Origin: Cetorhinus maximus
Lineage: Eukaryota
DNA length: 64,000 nt
Direction: 5' to 3'
Assembly (NCBI RefSeq): GCF_964194155.1
Contig: NC_135879.1
Coordinates: 26,040,001-26,104,000 of the forward strand
In this document: positions 1-11,937 of the stretch, piece after piece
How the letters are laid out: each line of letters begins with the position of its first letter
How positions within the stretch are numbered: position 1 is the first letter of the stretch
The notes under the pieces: generated by a model
Told to the model about the DNA's origin: nothing
What the model saw: the letters and a program-made list of their open reading frames with translations, nothing else
Databases searched by the model: none
Program-made: the position numbers and the translations under genes

Positions 1-2100
1 ATCATTTACAGCCTCCCCCCCTCCAACCTCCGCACCCTTCCCACATCACAACCTTCCCCCACTGCTGCAGTCAAGTCAAAAAAAAGAGAACGTGCTGAAT
101 TTTATTTTATGGTTTAAATTTTTTGCTGAACTAGATTTTGAACCCTATCATCCGTGCCTAATTGCATCCGGTGAGCTTAAACATAGACTGGTAAGAGAAA
201 AATGTTGGGACGTGCCCTATTTATGCATAGGTTAGTGTTAGAATTTGAGTGCACAGAAAGCGTGTAACCTTCCTGCTGTTTGTCCAGCCAGAATCAAACT
301 ATGTGTTGGATCATTGGTTGCAGAGTAACCTCAAGGTGAGTAGAAAGGATCTCAGATCCCAGTAATAGGTCTACCATGCTATTTCCCAGGCGTGATGGCT
401 GTACACCATCAACAATGCCCTGGGGAACTGTGCATCCGCCTGGTCCACGTGTCAAATTACTGAGCTCGGAATAAAATGAGTTGATTTGATTCCAAACCAA
501 TTTAAATCAGGTCCTGCTGGTTAAACTCTGCAGGAGCTTTGGAAAACCCAAACCTCCGGGTTTCGCAGCTGCTAAATCTACTGTTGCTATCTCCTTCCCA
601 CCTTACAGCTATTATCGGAGCCTTTCTTAGAACCAATTCTACACAGAACAACAACAAGCATAAGTTGAACCTTTGCTGGGCAGGCAGCAAATGCCAGGAT
701 CAAAAAGCAAAATGCTGTCGATAATACAACCCTGAAACAAAATGAGAAAACGCTAGAAACACTCGACAGTTTAGTCGGTATCTATGGGGAGAACAAACCA
801 TTTCAAATGTGATATTTTCTCTTAGCTCTATTTCTCCCCCTTGTTCTATAGCTACCCGCTGACAACTGTGGCTCCATCAGCCACTTAAACAGAGAGCTCA
901 TTACAAAATATTCATTTTGATGAGCATTAATGAAAGAAGAGAAATATTTTCACTTTACAACAAAAACCCCAGAGCATAGTTTTGACCAGATTCTGTACTC
1001 AAGGTGTGTTGTGATTATGCCTGATCCATTTACAACGAAATTTAAAAGGGCCAGCTGCCATGACAACCCTGAATATAATTATCTATGCACGCCACAGAAT
1101 AATTCATGCAGTGGGACTGTTTGTTGCAACTTAATTGTTGACATTTAGATAATGAAGAATTCATTTGGAGCTTGGGAAATACGGCTATTGAATTGGAGCT
1201 GGATGTGATTAATTGTCAATTAGTTAAAGCCCAACAGGGAATATTCTACACCTTGTCATCTTTTGCTAGCAGGCCTATGCATGCCCTTTAGATCTGGGAG
1301 ATTGAAAAGCTACATCTGTTTCTTTTCATATGTCTTCCCAGTAGGCAGCAAAGCACAGAAATCTGCCATTACCTATGTGATCGATTGTGGGGTCAGATTT
1401 TGGGGGAAGTCTAATTGAACTATGACCATACAAGAATTAATGATAGGTTGGCGATTGTCATTTTTTGATAGCAGAGATATGAGGGAAGGAGAGTAAATTT
1501 GCTGCTACCCTTACATCAAGTTGGCATATTGCTGGGTGGCTTTCTTGCGCCACTATAGAATCCAGCCCAGCAGGCTGGAACAAGGCCAAAACAAGAATTC
1601 TCATCAGCTGAGAGCTTTGCAAAAGCCCAGGAACTTGCATAGACATAAGAGGTGTCCCAATAGTTTGTTTATCCTACCTTTGGTGCAATACTCTTGTTCT
1701 CATTTGCTGGCAGTGTAACAAGGTGGGTGTTGCTGATGTGTGCTCACTGGCACAATGCACAAGCCCTGCATATATAAGTTACCCCACCTCTATAATTTCG
1801 GGCAAAGTGTGGGCCTCACAACTCAATGGACTTTGGGACTGCTAGGCTGCCCTTCCATCTACAGGACAAACCTATAATCCTGTTTGATATCAGCTTGTTG
1901 TTGAAATGGCAAACACAAATAGCTACAGAATTACTGAATTAGTAATACTAATAATCATAAGTTTAGAAATGGCTTCCATTGTTATTATACCAATACCTTC
2001 TTGTCAATATGAAACATTTTCAGCTGTTAACTGGAGTGAAAGTGGCAGTGTCACTTCAGACTCAGGCCCCAATACGGTTCCTAAATGTATTGAAGCCAAG

Positions 2101-3844
2101 TTTTTTTTTAATCATTCATAGGATGTGGGCATAGCTGGCTGGGCCAGCATTTATTGCCCATCCCTAGTTGCCCTTGAGAAGGTGGTGGTGAGCTGCCTTC
2201 TTGAACCACTGCAGTTCCTGTGGTCCCACAGTGCTGTTAGGAAGGGAGTTCCAGGATTTTGACCCAGCAACAGTGAAGGAACGGCGATATATTTCCAAGT
2301 CAGATGGTGAGTGACTTGGAGGGAAACTTCCAGATGGTGGTGTTCCCATCTATCTATTGCCCTTGTCCTTCTAGATGCTAGTGGCCGTGGGTGTGGAAGG
2401 TGCTGTCGAAGGAGCCTTGGTGAATTCCTGCATTGCATCCTGTAGATGGTACGCACTGCTGCCGCTGTGCGTCGGTGGTGGAGGGAGTGAATGTGATGCC
2501 AATCAAGCGGGCTGCTTTGTCCTAGACAGTGTCAAGCTTCTTGAATGTTGTGGCAGCTGCACTCATCCAGGCAAGTAGAGAGTACTCTATCACACTCCTG
2601 ACCTGTGCCTTGTGGACGATGGTGGACAAGTTTTGGAGGGTCAGGAGGTGAGTTAGTCATCGCACGGTTCCTAGCCTCTGACCTGCTCCTGTAGTCATAG
2701 TATTTATATGGCTAATCTAGCTCAGTTTCTGGTCAATGGCAACCCCCAGGATATTGATAGTGGGGGATTCAGTGATGGTAATGCCACTGAACATCAAGAG
2801 GCAATGGTTGGATTCTCTCTTGTTCGAGATGGTAATTTCCTGGCACTTGTGTGGCACGAATATTACTTGCCATTTGTCAACGCAAGCCTGGATTTGTCCA
2901 GGTCTTGCTGCGTTTGGACATGGATTGCTTCAGTATCTGAGGAGTCAAGAATGGTGCTGAACATTGTGCAACCATCAGCGAACATCCCCACTTCTGACCT
3001 TATGTTGGAAGGAAGGTCATTGATGAAGCAGCTGAAGATGGCTGAGCTGAGGACACTACCCTGAGGAATTCCTGCAGTGATGTCCTGGAGCTGAGATGAC
3101 TGACTTCCAGCAACCACAACCATCTTCCTTTGTGCTAGGTATGACTCCAACCAGCAAAGAGTTTTCCCCCTGATTCCCATTGACTTCAGTTTTGCTAGGG
3201 CTCCTTGATGCCACACTCAGTCAAATGCTGCCTTGATGTCAAGGGCAGTCACTCTCACCTCACCTCAGAAGTTCAGCTCTTTTGTCCATGTTTGAACCAA
3301 GGCTGTAATGAGGTCGGGAGCTGAGTGGCCGTGGCGGAACCCAAACTGAGTGTCAGTGAGCAGGTTATTGCTAAGCAAGTATCGCTTGAAAGCACTGTTG
3401 ATGACCCCTTCCATTACTTTACTGATGATTGAGGGTAGACTGATGGGGCAGTAATTGGCTGGGTTGGATTTGTCCTTATTTTTGTGTACAGGACATACAT
3501 GGGCAATTTTCCACATAGCTGGGTAGATGCCAGTGTTGTAGCTGTGCTGGAACAGGTTGGCTAGGGACGCGGCACGTTCTGGAGCCCAAACCTTCAGTAC
3601 TATTGCTGGAATGTTATCAGGGCCCATAGCCTTTGCAGTATCCAGTGCCTTCAGCCGTTTCCTGATATCACATGGAGTGAATCAAATTGGCTGAAGACTG
3701 GCATCTGTGATGCTGGGGACCTCCGGAGGAGGCCAAGATGGATCACCCACTCGGCACTTCTGGCTGAAGGTTGCAGCAAATATTTTAGCCTGATCTTTTG
3801 CACTGATTTTCTGGGCTCTCCATCATTGAGGATGGGGATATATT
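2101..3844 (-). mobile_element. 5'-truncated CR1-clade LINE (elasmobranch HER1-like), RT region plus 3' tail
   Basis: Minus ORFs GPDNIPAIVLK...DKSNPANYCPISL...QFGFR and GIPQGSVLS...FINDLP...MFADG (RT motifs). 3' tail GGGATGGGCAATAAATGCTGG is shared with HE1-type SINEs. Confidence 0.9.
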
Positions 3845-4547
3845 GGGCAAAATTTTGCCCTTAATGGGTGGGCGGGCCCCACTGGCTCGGCGGCAGGCGG
3901 GCAGCCGATCACTGCCACCGAAACGGGCCCCGCCGCCATTTTAAGTGGGCGGGCCAATTAAGGCCCACCCAGCAGCCTGCCCGACAGGAAGCGCTATGTG
4001 TTTCCTGTGTGGGGGGGGAGGGATTCCCCAACTGTCAAAGTGTGCTCTTTCGTGCATGCACGTGAAAGAACGCACACCTCCCTGAGACTAAATGCTGTCT
4101 CAGGGAGATCACTGACAGCGTTTTAAATATCAAAAATAGAAAAATCAATAAATTATTAACATGTCCCCCTCATGTGACAATGTCACACGAGATGGGACAT
4201 GTTAATAAATATGACTAAAACTTTACTGAACTTATTAAAAACAGACATGAAACCTCATCCCGCCAGTGGATGAGGTTTCATGATTTTTCAGAAGCCCGTT
4301 GGGGCTCCTGGCCTGTCCATCAGCCTTAAGGTTGGACGGGCGGGGCCTTTAATTATTTTAATTGTTTTAATTACCCTGTCAATGGCCTCAATTGGCCTTG
4401 ACAGGTCGGCGGGCGAACATCTGATTTTGCTGTCAATATTTAAATGGGGTGGGATGACGTCGGGGGTCTCGCCCAATGTTATCTCGCGTTATTTTCACGT
4501 CGGCGAGCAGGACCCGCCCCCAACTCGCCGACAGAAAAATTCACGTC
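3845..4547. mobile_element. Non-autonomous Harbinger-type MITE (~700 bp)
   Basis: Imperfect TIRs GGGCAAAATTTT / AAAATTCACGTC with ATT on both flanks. Homologous along its length to 59568-60251. Confidence 0.8.
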
Positions 4548-4776
4548 ATTGTAATGTGAGGAAATTTCACACAGTTTGCGCTTTGCATTGTATTTAGTTT
4601 AACTCCAGTTTAACCATATGTTTACTGATGACTCCCCATTTATAACCACATGCATTTCCAAATCCTTGTTCTTATTTAAAAATCCTCGCATGGCTTTGCT
4701 CCATCCTACCTTTGCAGCTTCCTCTATCTCAACATCCCAGCTTGCACTGTTCATTGTTGCAACTCTCTGCTTCATC

Positions 4777-6975
4777 GGGGGGAATCGTCCTAGATTTGCA
4801 CTAAGTGCGGTCGCGGGCGGGTAAAACGATGTTCATGCTTGGGAACATCAGGAAGGGATGTCCGCTGCACTCCTCAGATTGCAAGGCACGATGGAGGAGT
4901 CCATCCGCCTTCAGGCTGAGGTGATAGCGCCAGCATGCTAATGCACCAAGGTCAATACTGGTAGGATGGCGGCCGCCATGGAGACCATGGTCCAGGACAT
5001 CGATCCTGCACTGCCGCGTGAGCTGAACTCCATCGCTCACACCATAGTTGACCTCCAACAGTGTGTACACACGAGGGGTGTGAGGCAGCTTGATATCACT
5101 CCACTTACCCCTTCTCCTCAAGGTGTCAGCCAGGGGCCCTTGGGCATGCATAGGGAGGAGGGTCAACAGGAGTGTCTGGCCCATCCAAATCCCCTCTTTC
5201 TGTGACCTCAGCAGCTCCAGCTCCACAGGCTGAGGAGGGTGCCACTGCCACACAGGACCCTGAATGCAGGCCAAGCCCCTCCGGGTCTTGGCCCTCCAGA
5301 GGATGCTCGCCAAGGTCATCACGGACAGGGAGTAGCAGTCAGCAGGCTGCCTCCACCACCACTGTGGATGGCCGGGGAGCAGCATGGACCTCATGGATGC
5401 ATTTGTGGGTGGAGGCTTGTGATATCCTACAGAGGTCACCTGTGGAGCCCTGAAAGGAGCCACTGAGTGCCACAGCCACTTCCACAGCCACTGGCAGTGG
5501 ACGCCCCCTCGTGGCGCCAAATCCTGCAGTAGCTGGCAGATGCGAGTGAACATTTCCCTAGACATGCGCAGTCTTTAGCAACTGGTTCTCATTCACCTGC
5601 AGGAACTAAGCACCAACCAGCATCGACTCGCTGTGGCTCTTCGGCGGTGTGTGCGGGAGCCCCAGCCATCCCGTCTTCCAGAGGGTGCTGCCCCTCCCTC
5701 TGAACAGCCAGGCGCCTAACTCACTCTCTTCTTTGTATGTCACGAGCATACAGCTAGCTCACCAGGCTCCATGATCCTGATGTACTCCTCCTGCAGGATG
5801 AAAGAGAGAGACAGGCGGGTTAGCATGGGTGTACTAAGAACCTGTCTTGGTTAAGTCTGAAGGCCCCCTCAACACATCCCGGAGAGAGTGCTGGCCACCA
5901 CTTGGATGGCAAGAGTTTAGTGCTCTGCATGGCTGCCTGAAACCCCACCGACCTCCACCCGACCCCACATTGGTGGCAGCTTCGCCCACTGGACTGCACG
6001 CTGTGCTCTCAGCTCAGGCGCAGGCATTCTCCTAACCCGCATTGCAAGGCTGCACTGTTAGCTTGAACCATGGGGGAGACTGGTCCAAACCGGGATGATG
6101 ACAATGCAAAGGGGTTGTGAGCACCTCCACCAGTGACTGCTCCATGGCCAGCTTCAGCGAGGAGGTTGTACAACGTGCGCAGTTGTCCAACTGTTCTGCA
6201 GTCCACGAAAATGCTCATTACTTTGCAGTCTGTGTCCGAAGGTTGAAAAGCTCTGGAGCTTTTGGTAGCACTTTGATTCCTCTGCATTGCTTGAGTGGGC
6301 AGATAAGCTAGAGGCCCGACTCCAATAATATCAATGTGGCTGCACCTGAACTGTCTCAGCTGCAGAGGAATGGCCACCTTATACAAGGTTTCACTAATGT
6401 GTGGGCGCCTCCCAAACCCAACCCCCCCAACCTCGCACGTACTTGTGCGCTACCTTCAACCGCAGGGCAGCCCTTGCCCCCGCCCCCGCTATACGTACCC
6501 CAACCATGAAGTCCAGGAGGTGACCTGGTTAAGCGCTCCGCAACTTTACTGTGTACTCGCCTCTGAGTTCCCCTCAAATTGCAGCTGGAGGTATGTGGAA
6601 GTAGTGAGGGGTGCAGGTGAGGCTGGCTTGATTGGTAAGCGTGTGAGGATGAGGTGGGGAGTATCTGCATAAGGCATGAATCACATGTGCTTGTGAATGC
6701 TGCTGAATGAATGACAGGGTATTGTGAAGCTGGAGAACCTGGTGGTGTGGTGGGTATGACAGGAAGGTGCATTCACTGACATTGACTACCCGCATGAGGT
6801 CATTAGACCTCATGTAGCATGGCTGCCAGGTTCTTGCATCCAGACTCTGGGAGTTGACCTTCCTGGCCATCTGCCCCCACTGCTTTCTGAGAGTGGTCCT
6901 TTAGGGTCCCCTGGCCACCTCTGGGACCATGGTCTGTCCACCTGTCCACCTGTACCACTAATGCCTCCAGCATTG
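4777..6975. mobile_element. Deleted/rearranged PIF/Harbinger remnant
   Basis: Left end matches the terminus at 45378 (GATTTGCACTAAGTGC..GCGGGCGGGTAAAAC). 4960-5370 (+) resembles the Myb-gene C-terminal part. 5390-5772 (-) is transposase N-terminal sequence (MSREMFTRICQLL; GSFQGSTGDL). 6770-6970 (-) is SANT-like (RSNDLMR). Confidence 0.7.
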
Positions 6976-8649
6976 AATCAGTTAGTGTTGATCCTCCCGC
7001 TCTGTACAGATCTCAAGGACAACTCCCCGGAACAGAGATCAGCATTGGTAGAACACCAGCTGTGATTATTTGGATGAGGTGGGTGCACAAATTTTGCATG
7101 TCTCCCACCTCGATCTGGACAGGCAAAGGCACATTGTGAATCATGATCAGACCCACATCCAAAAATCAGGACAAATAAATCTCTAGGTTTAGGTTTGATT
7201 TGTCCCATTTAACCTCTGTAGCCTGATTTTAACTTGGGACGGGATTCAGGCAAGTGGTGTCTGAAGCGAGAGGCAAAAACTCCCGACTTCAGCAGTGCAA
7301 GACCTGTTGTGATTTTAATTCTCAAAACTCTTCTGTAAGCTGCTGAATGTTGAATGGCAGGAGGCCACTGGGTAGGACTGAAGTTAAGTCGGGTGGGGGA
7401 GTGTTGGGGTGAGGTGCGGGAGGGTGGGAGTGCTTTAGTAATGTTTCAAGATTGGGAGTCGGGGTACCTGAGACACTCGAGGTCCAAAGTTTCACGTGTA
7501 GCCCAGCGGAGCACTCTTACTCCTCCTGGTGCCAGGGGGAAATGTAAAATGCCTCCTTCGGCCTCTTTGTTTCACCTGGCTGGAAAGTCACAATGCTTTC
7601 CCCTCTCAGGTCACTTGTTAAAATAGCATTCGGGGTCTGATTATGGCATCAGAGCCAATCTTCATATTTATAGAAGGGCCCTGTTCCAGCAGATGCCCTT
7701 CCCTTAAAATTAAGGACTGAAGGGAAGGTGGCAGGACAATGGCAGGTAAATCCCCTGCTGATTTTAACTGCTCATCTGCTGATTTCCGTGAGGTAGGCGG
7801 GGTTAAAATTGCCCCTTATAATCCTGAGATGGTTGCTGAGATTTGATGCCCTGTATCATATCCCCTAATTTGATAGTGCATTCATGCTGTATTTATGCGG
7901 AGATCTATTTAGCTGTTGGTTCTCATGGGTGGGAGAAAATAATTTGATGAGCAAACTTACAGTAATTCAGACATTAGAATTTCTGTTCACCTGTTATTTT
8001 GGCCAAGGCTTCAAGCTGAACCATTGGGGGATCTTTAGGTGTTGAGTGTCAATTCTGCTCCCTAGTATTCTTAATTGCCCACTGTTAAAATATTACGAGT
8101 AACGCCATTGAATAAGTTCTGTCTATAGTAAAAAGTGAAATTTGCAGTCAGAAAGTTCACCATTTACTCAGGGTGCTTGGTCAAAGTACACTTTAAGTTT
8201 CAATCAATTAAATGCATGTGGTTCAGAACAGCATAGGTTTGATTCCCATTCCAGCTAAGACTTAAGACCTGCTTCCTCACCATGTCCCTAAGAGTGGAAG
8301 GCAATGGCAAGCCACCACTGACAAAAACTGCCAAGGAAATGGCTCAGGATGAAGGGTCAATCAGCCTTTGGGCAGAGCACACATGAATGAATGTGTGAGA
8401 CAAAATGTAGTGTGACAGTCATCATCTACTAGGATACACAGGTTTGGGAACATTTTGATCAGGTCAGTTCAGTGGCATATACACCTCTGAGATAGTGAGC
8501 TAGCTGTACAAGAAAGTCAATTTACTCATTGTCTCCCAACAATTTACAAGCAAACAGAAAGAAAGAAATTTGTATAGTGGATTTGAGCACTAGCAAAAAG
8601 GCATTTGATTAAACCAAACACTTCAATGATTAAAATGCAATGCAACAAA

Positions 8650-9500
8650 TGTTACTGATCAGAATACAACTGTCTTGTGATTCCCATGGGGCAAACAAAG
8701 AACCAAATTTACCAAATGACCCCAACAAAAACCCAGTGGACAAGATTTCATTTTTATAACTTTTACTTTAACAATCAAACCGAAATCAACATAAACCAAA
8801 CCGAAATCAACATAAACCAAACATGAATGAACAGGCAAATCACAGTCAATATATATTACAAATAGCACATTAAAGAGCGGATACAACAAAGATAGATCTC
8901 ACTGGTTAACTGGGCACTTTACTCAGCATATATGGCACCAGTTTCAGCTACAAAGTCCTTCAAAGCTCTCATCTGCAGGAGTTCGAATTCCAGCTTCTCT
9001 CTGAGGATTTAGCCACTAATTCTCATCAACAGCAGCTCACAACCAGCCCAAGTTCCACGAGCAGTCTCTTTACCACAGTGACGTACTTTTCCAGAACCTC
9101 CTTGGCTCTGTTCATGACAATCTTGTTGATGTGGATCCACCAGCTATGTCCAAACCCTCAGTGACAACCCCTGTGCACTGTATGGCCAGGTAGTAAATTA
9201 CTTCAAGGGACAGAAACAATTGCAGCAATCCTGGTGTTTGTCTATTGCCAGGTCCTGGGTCTAGCCTTCGTGTTCTTCAGCCTACATGCACTGTACCACC
9301 GGGTGATCCGAGCTCAGAGGGCCCTGTGTCTTTTATCTGGTTTCACCCAGCTTCAGATTCAGTTTTAGTTTTATCTCCCTAGAAAGCTTGAAGGTTCAGT
9401 TTTCCTTTCGGTTTGGGTCTGGTCCAAAAAAATACAAGCTTTAAAACCAGGCTCAGTGCACCCAACAGAACATTCGACAAGTCATTTGTTCGAACAGCAG
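8650..9500. mobile_element. Possible LTR-derived sequence with a 21-bp tandem duplication at 8776-8817
   Basis: CAAACCGAAATCAACATAAAC is present twice in tandem. The LTR assignment rests on composition only and the ends are not resolved. Confidence 0.25.
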
Positions 9501-10081
9501 TTCGCATATGATCCCCCACCTGTCCCGCAAACCATAATTTCATCACAACTGAACAACCATTATGATTACAGAGCAATTAAAGGCAATTGTTTATATTACA
9601 TATGAATACACTAAATGCATAATACATAACACATAACAATGGTTGCAATACAACTGAGCACAATTAAAATTATAACAGTACAGATAAATTCACATAATGA
9701 TCATACTATAACTAAATAAATCGAATATGGTTATAGAACAACTGAACAAGATTAATAATAATAGTGTATTTGAACATGTAACTAATTATAAAATAATTGA
9801 ACATAAAATAATTATATGATATTACTTATTATTACATATTATTCATTACAATATGGCAGAATTCACAAAATTACAAGTACAATACAATGGACACAGATTA
9901 ATAGCACAAACATCTGTTATGCACAGGATATTTAATTATACCCTATACATTATTAAAATATAATGTTTTCTGATAATTAAACACAATGCAACAATACTTG
10001 CTAGAAAAAGCATGTTTTTGTATTGCAGGGCTTTAGAATATTCTGCTATTAAAAAATGTTCAACATTATATTTTGTTTCAG

Positions 10082-10205
10082 AAATATACCTCTTGCTATC
10101 TGCATATCAATGGCAGTTGTCACAGTCGGATATGTATTAACAAATGTGGCCTATTTTGCCGTAATGAGTCCTGAGGAGCTTTTGGCCTCTGAAGCAGTAG
10201 CTGTG
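10082..10205 (+). CDS. SLC7A11: SLC7A11 (xCT) coding exon, equivalent to human exon 7
   Basis: ttttgtttcag acceptor, gtgagt donor, 124 nt. Encodes [41 protein letters not shown], matching recalled human x[27 protein letters not shown]...NAVAV. Confidence 0.95.
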
Positions 10206-11196
10206 GTGAGTAATATAGACTTTAATGAAATTTATGTGAAAGAGCCTGATGGTATTTTGAAATGTAGAGTATACTTCAGTTTACAAATGGTTACAAACAA
10301 ACTGGATTACCAACAATCTTCTGAAATTCTCTTCAAATACAGACAGAAGCTGACTTAGTTAAATAAGACCATATGCAAAATATTAGTGATCAATCTTCCA
10401 TGTTTTCTGCAGTATTATGGGTTGCTAACACAGCCTGCAGTTCAAGGTACCGTGTGAATGAGGCGGGAGGAAATACTCTGAAAATAGAGTTGGTACTCTG
10501 GAAAGATGATATCAAGTAAATTAAAAACCCACCCCCATTGTGATCATGAGAATAGAGTTTGGTTGACATGGCCACAGGGAGTGATATGTCACATTTACAG
10601 GTGGATTCTACAACAGTGGGTGCCCAGTGAGCTGAAGCACAACAGGCACCTGTTCCCTGTACCACAAATGAAGAAACATGAGGCCTGTAACTTGCAGTGT
10701 GACCCATTGCAGCTAGCAAGTACAAAGGCTATCATCGCCTGCACCAAGTTGGACGCTATGCTCAATGATTTTAATCCAGCTGGAGCACTGAGCAGGCATT
10801 TTTGTGATTTATGTTGAAGGGCAGGCCACATGGTTTTAAAACAAATTCCAGCCTCCAACAGCCTTAGCACACTTGCCTTCCATATCCCTGGTGTCTCCCA
10901 CCCAGCCTAAATATTTCCCAGTGTACAATAGGCAGCCCTGCAGTAAAAAGTGCACACATAAGCTCTCCATATATTGTCCAAGGAGATCAATTCATTTATA
11001 TGCAGAGCACACTGCAGCGACAAAATGCCGGTGTGATACACAGAGGGTATAATGTCAATGCTATTGAGTTCCCAAAATCAACTCCGTCATTATTAGGGGA
11101 AAGCACTAAGCTGGAGAAAGGATCATCACTCAATTCTTTCCAGGCAACAGATTACTGAATGATCCACTGCTACTCGGGCCCCTGCTCACTCCAACA

Positions 11197-11937
11197 GACA
11201 CAAGATAGAAAGAGTACATACGTCTTTCATTTTGATGAGCGTGTCATTCCCAACGGCCAAAAAAATCTTCTTATAGAAGTAGAATATTAATGAGAAAAGC
11301 AAAAAACTGCAGATTCTGGAAATCCAAAACAAAAACAAAAATACCTGGAAAAACTGGTATGGCAGCATCTGCGGAGAGAAACACAGTTGACGTTTCGAGT
11401 CCGCTTATATTTCACCCCTCTTCTATTTTTACTTAGTTCTGTTGAAGAGTCATTCGGACTCGAAATCCCGTGTTCCTCTGCGCAGATGCTGCCAGACCTG
11501 CTGAGTTTTTCCAGGTATTTTTGTTTTTGTTTAAAACATTAATGAAATGGATGAACTTTATCTCTGGGGAGTAAGTTAAATTATACCTCCTTCCCTTCCT
11601 CTCTTTAGGTCACCCCGTGCTGCATACCCAGAAGGAAAATACAGTAAAAACTGGGAAATAAGAAAACTGGTCCGAACTGCTCTTGTATAACTTAAAATGG
11701 AACACCAGTAAAACTGGGAAATAAGAATACTGGTCCGAGCTGTTATTTTGCCTCCTGGGTGTGCAGCACGGGGTGACCTAAAGAGAGGAAGGAGAGAAGG
11801 TACAATTTAACTTACTCCCCAAAGATAAAGTTCATCCATCTCATTAATATTCAACTTCCGTAAGAAGATTTTATTGGCTGCTGCGAATGACATGCTCATC
11901 AAAATGAAAGATGTGTGTACTCTTTCGATCTTTTGTC
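11197..11937. repeat. Long inverted-repeat (fold-back) element, ~195-bp arms, left arm interrupted by a Penelope derivative
   Basis: 11197-11293 plus 11546-11645 is the reverse complement of ~11740-11937. The spacer carries two copies of CAGTAAAA(A)CTGGGAAATAAGAA(A/T)ACTGGTCCGA. Confidence 0.85.
11294..11534. mobile_element. Palindromic mini-Penelope (two inverted 3'-end copies)
   Basis: Both halves match the 3' end of the Penelope at 43170-43299 in opposite orientations. Flanked by AA(T/C)ATTAATGA duplications at 11283-11293 and 11535-11545. Confidence 0.85.

Noticed and set aside
4801-5565. 254-aa ORF as an intact transposase
   Set aside because: Only the first ~20 residues are in the transposase frame; the remainder is out-of-frame sequence and the antisense of Myb-gene DNA across a deletion junction.
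1-10081. Upstream SLC7A11 exon (45-nt FYLNFVTEEVENPEK equivalent)
   Set aside because: I could not find a matching sequence with splice sites by eye; it probably lies upstream of the window.
10056-10358. 100-aa ORF as a standalone gene (likewise 26021-26272 and 31610-31828)
   Set aside because: Only the central parts are SLC7A11 exons bounded by AG/GT; the rest is intron read-through.
10390-10870. Cluster of overlapping ~100-aa ORFs
   Set aside because: No recognisable domain or splice structure; probably an unidentified decayed repeat.
11640-11745. Two ~38-bp direct repeats with a spacer as a CRISPR-like array
   Set aside because: Only two units, vertebrate intron, no cas genes; it is the spacer of a fold-back element.
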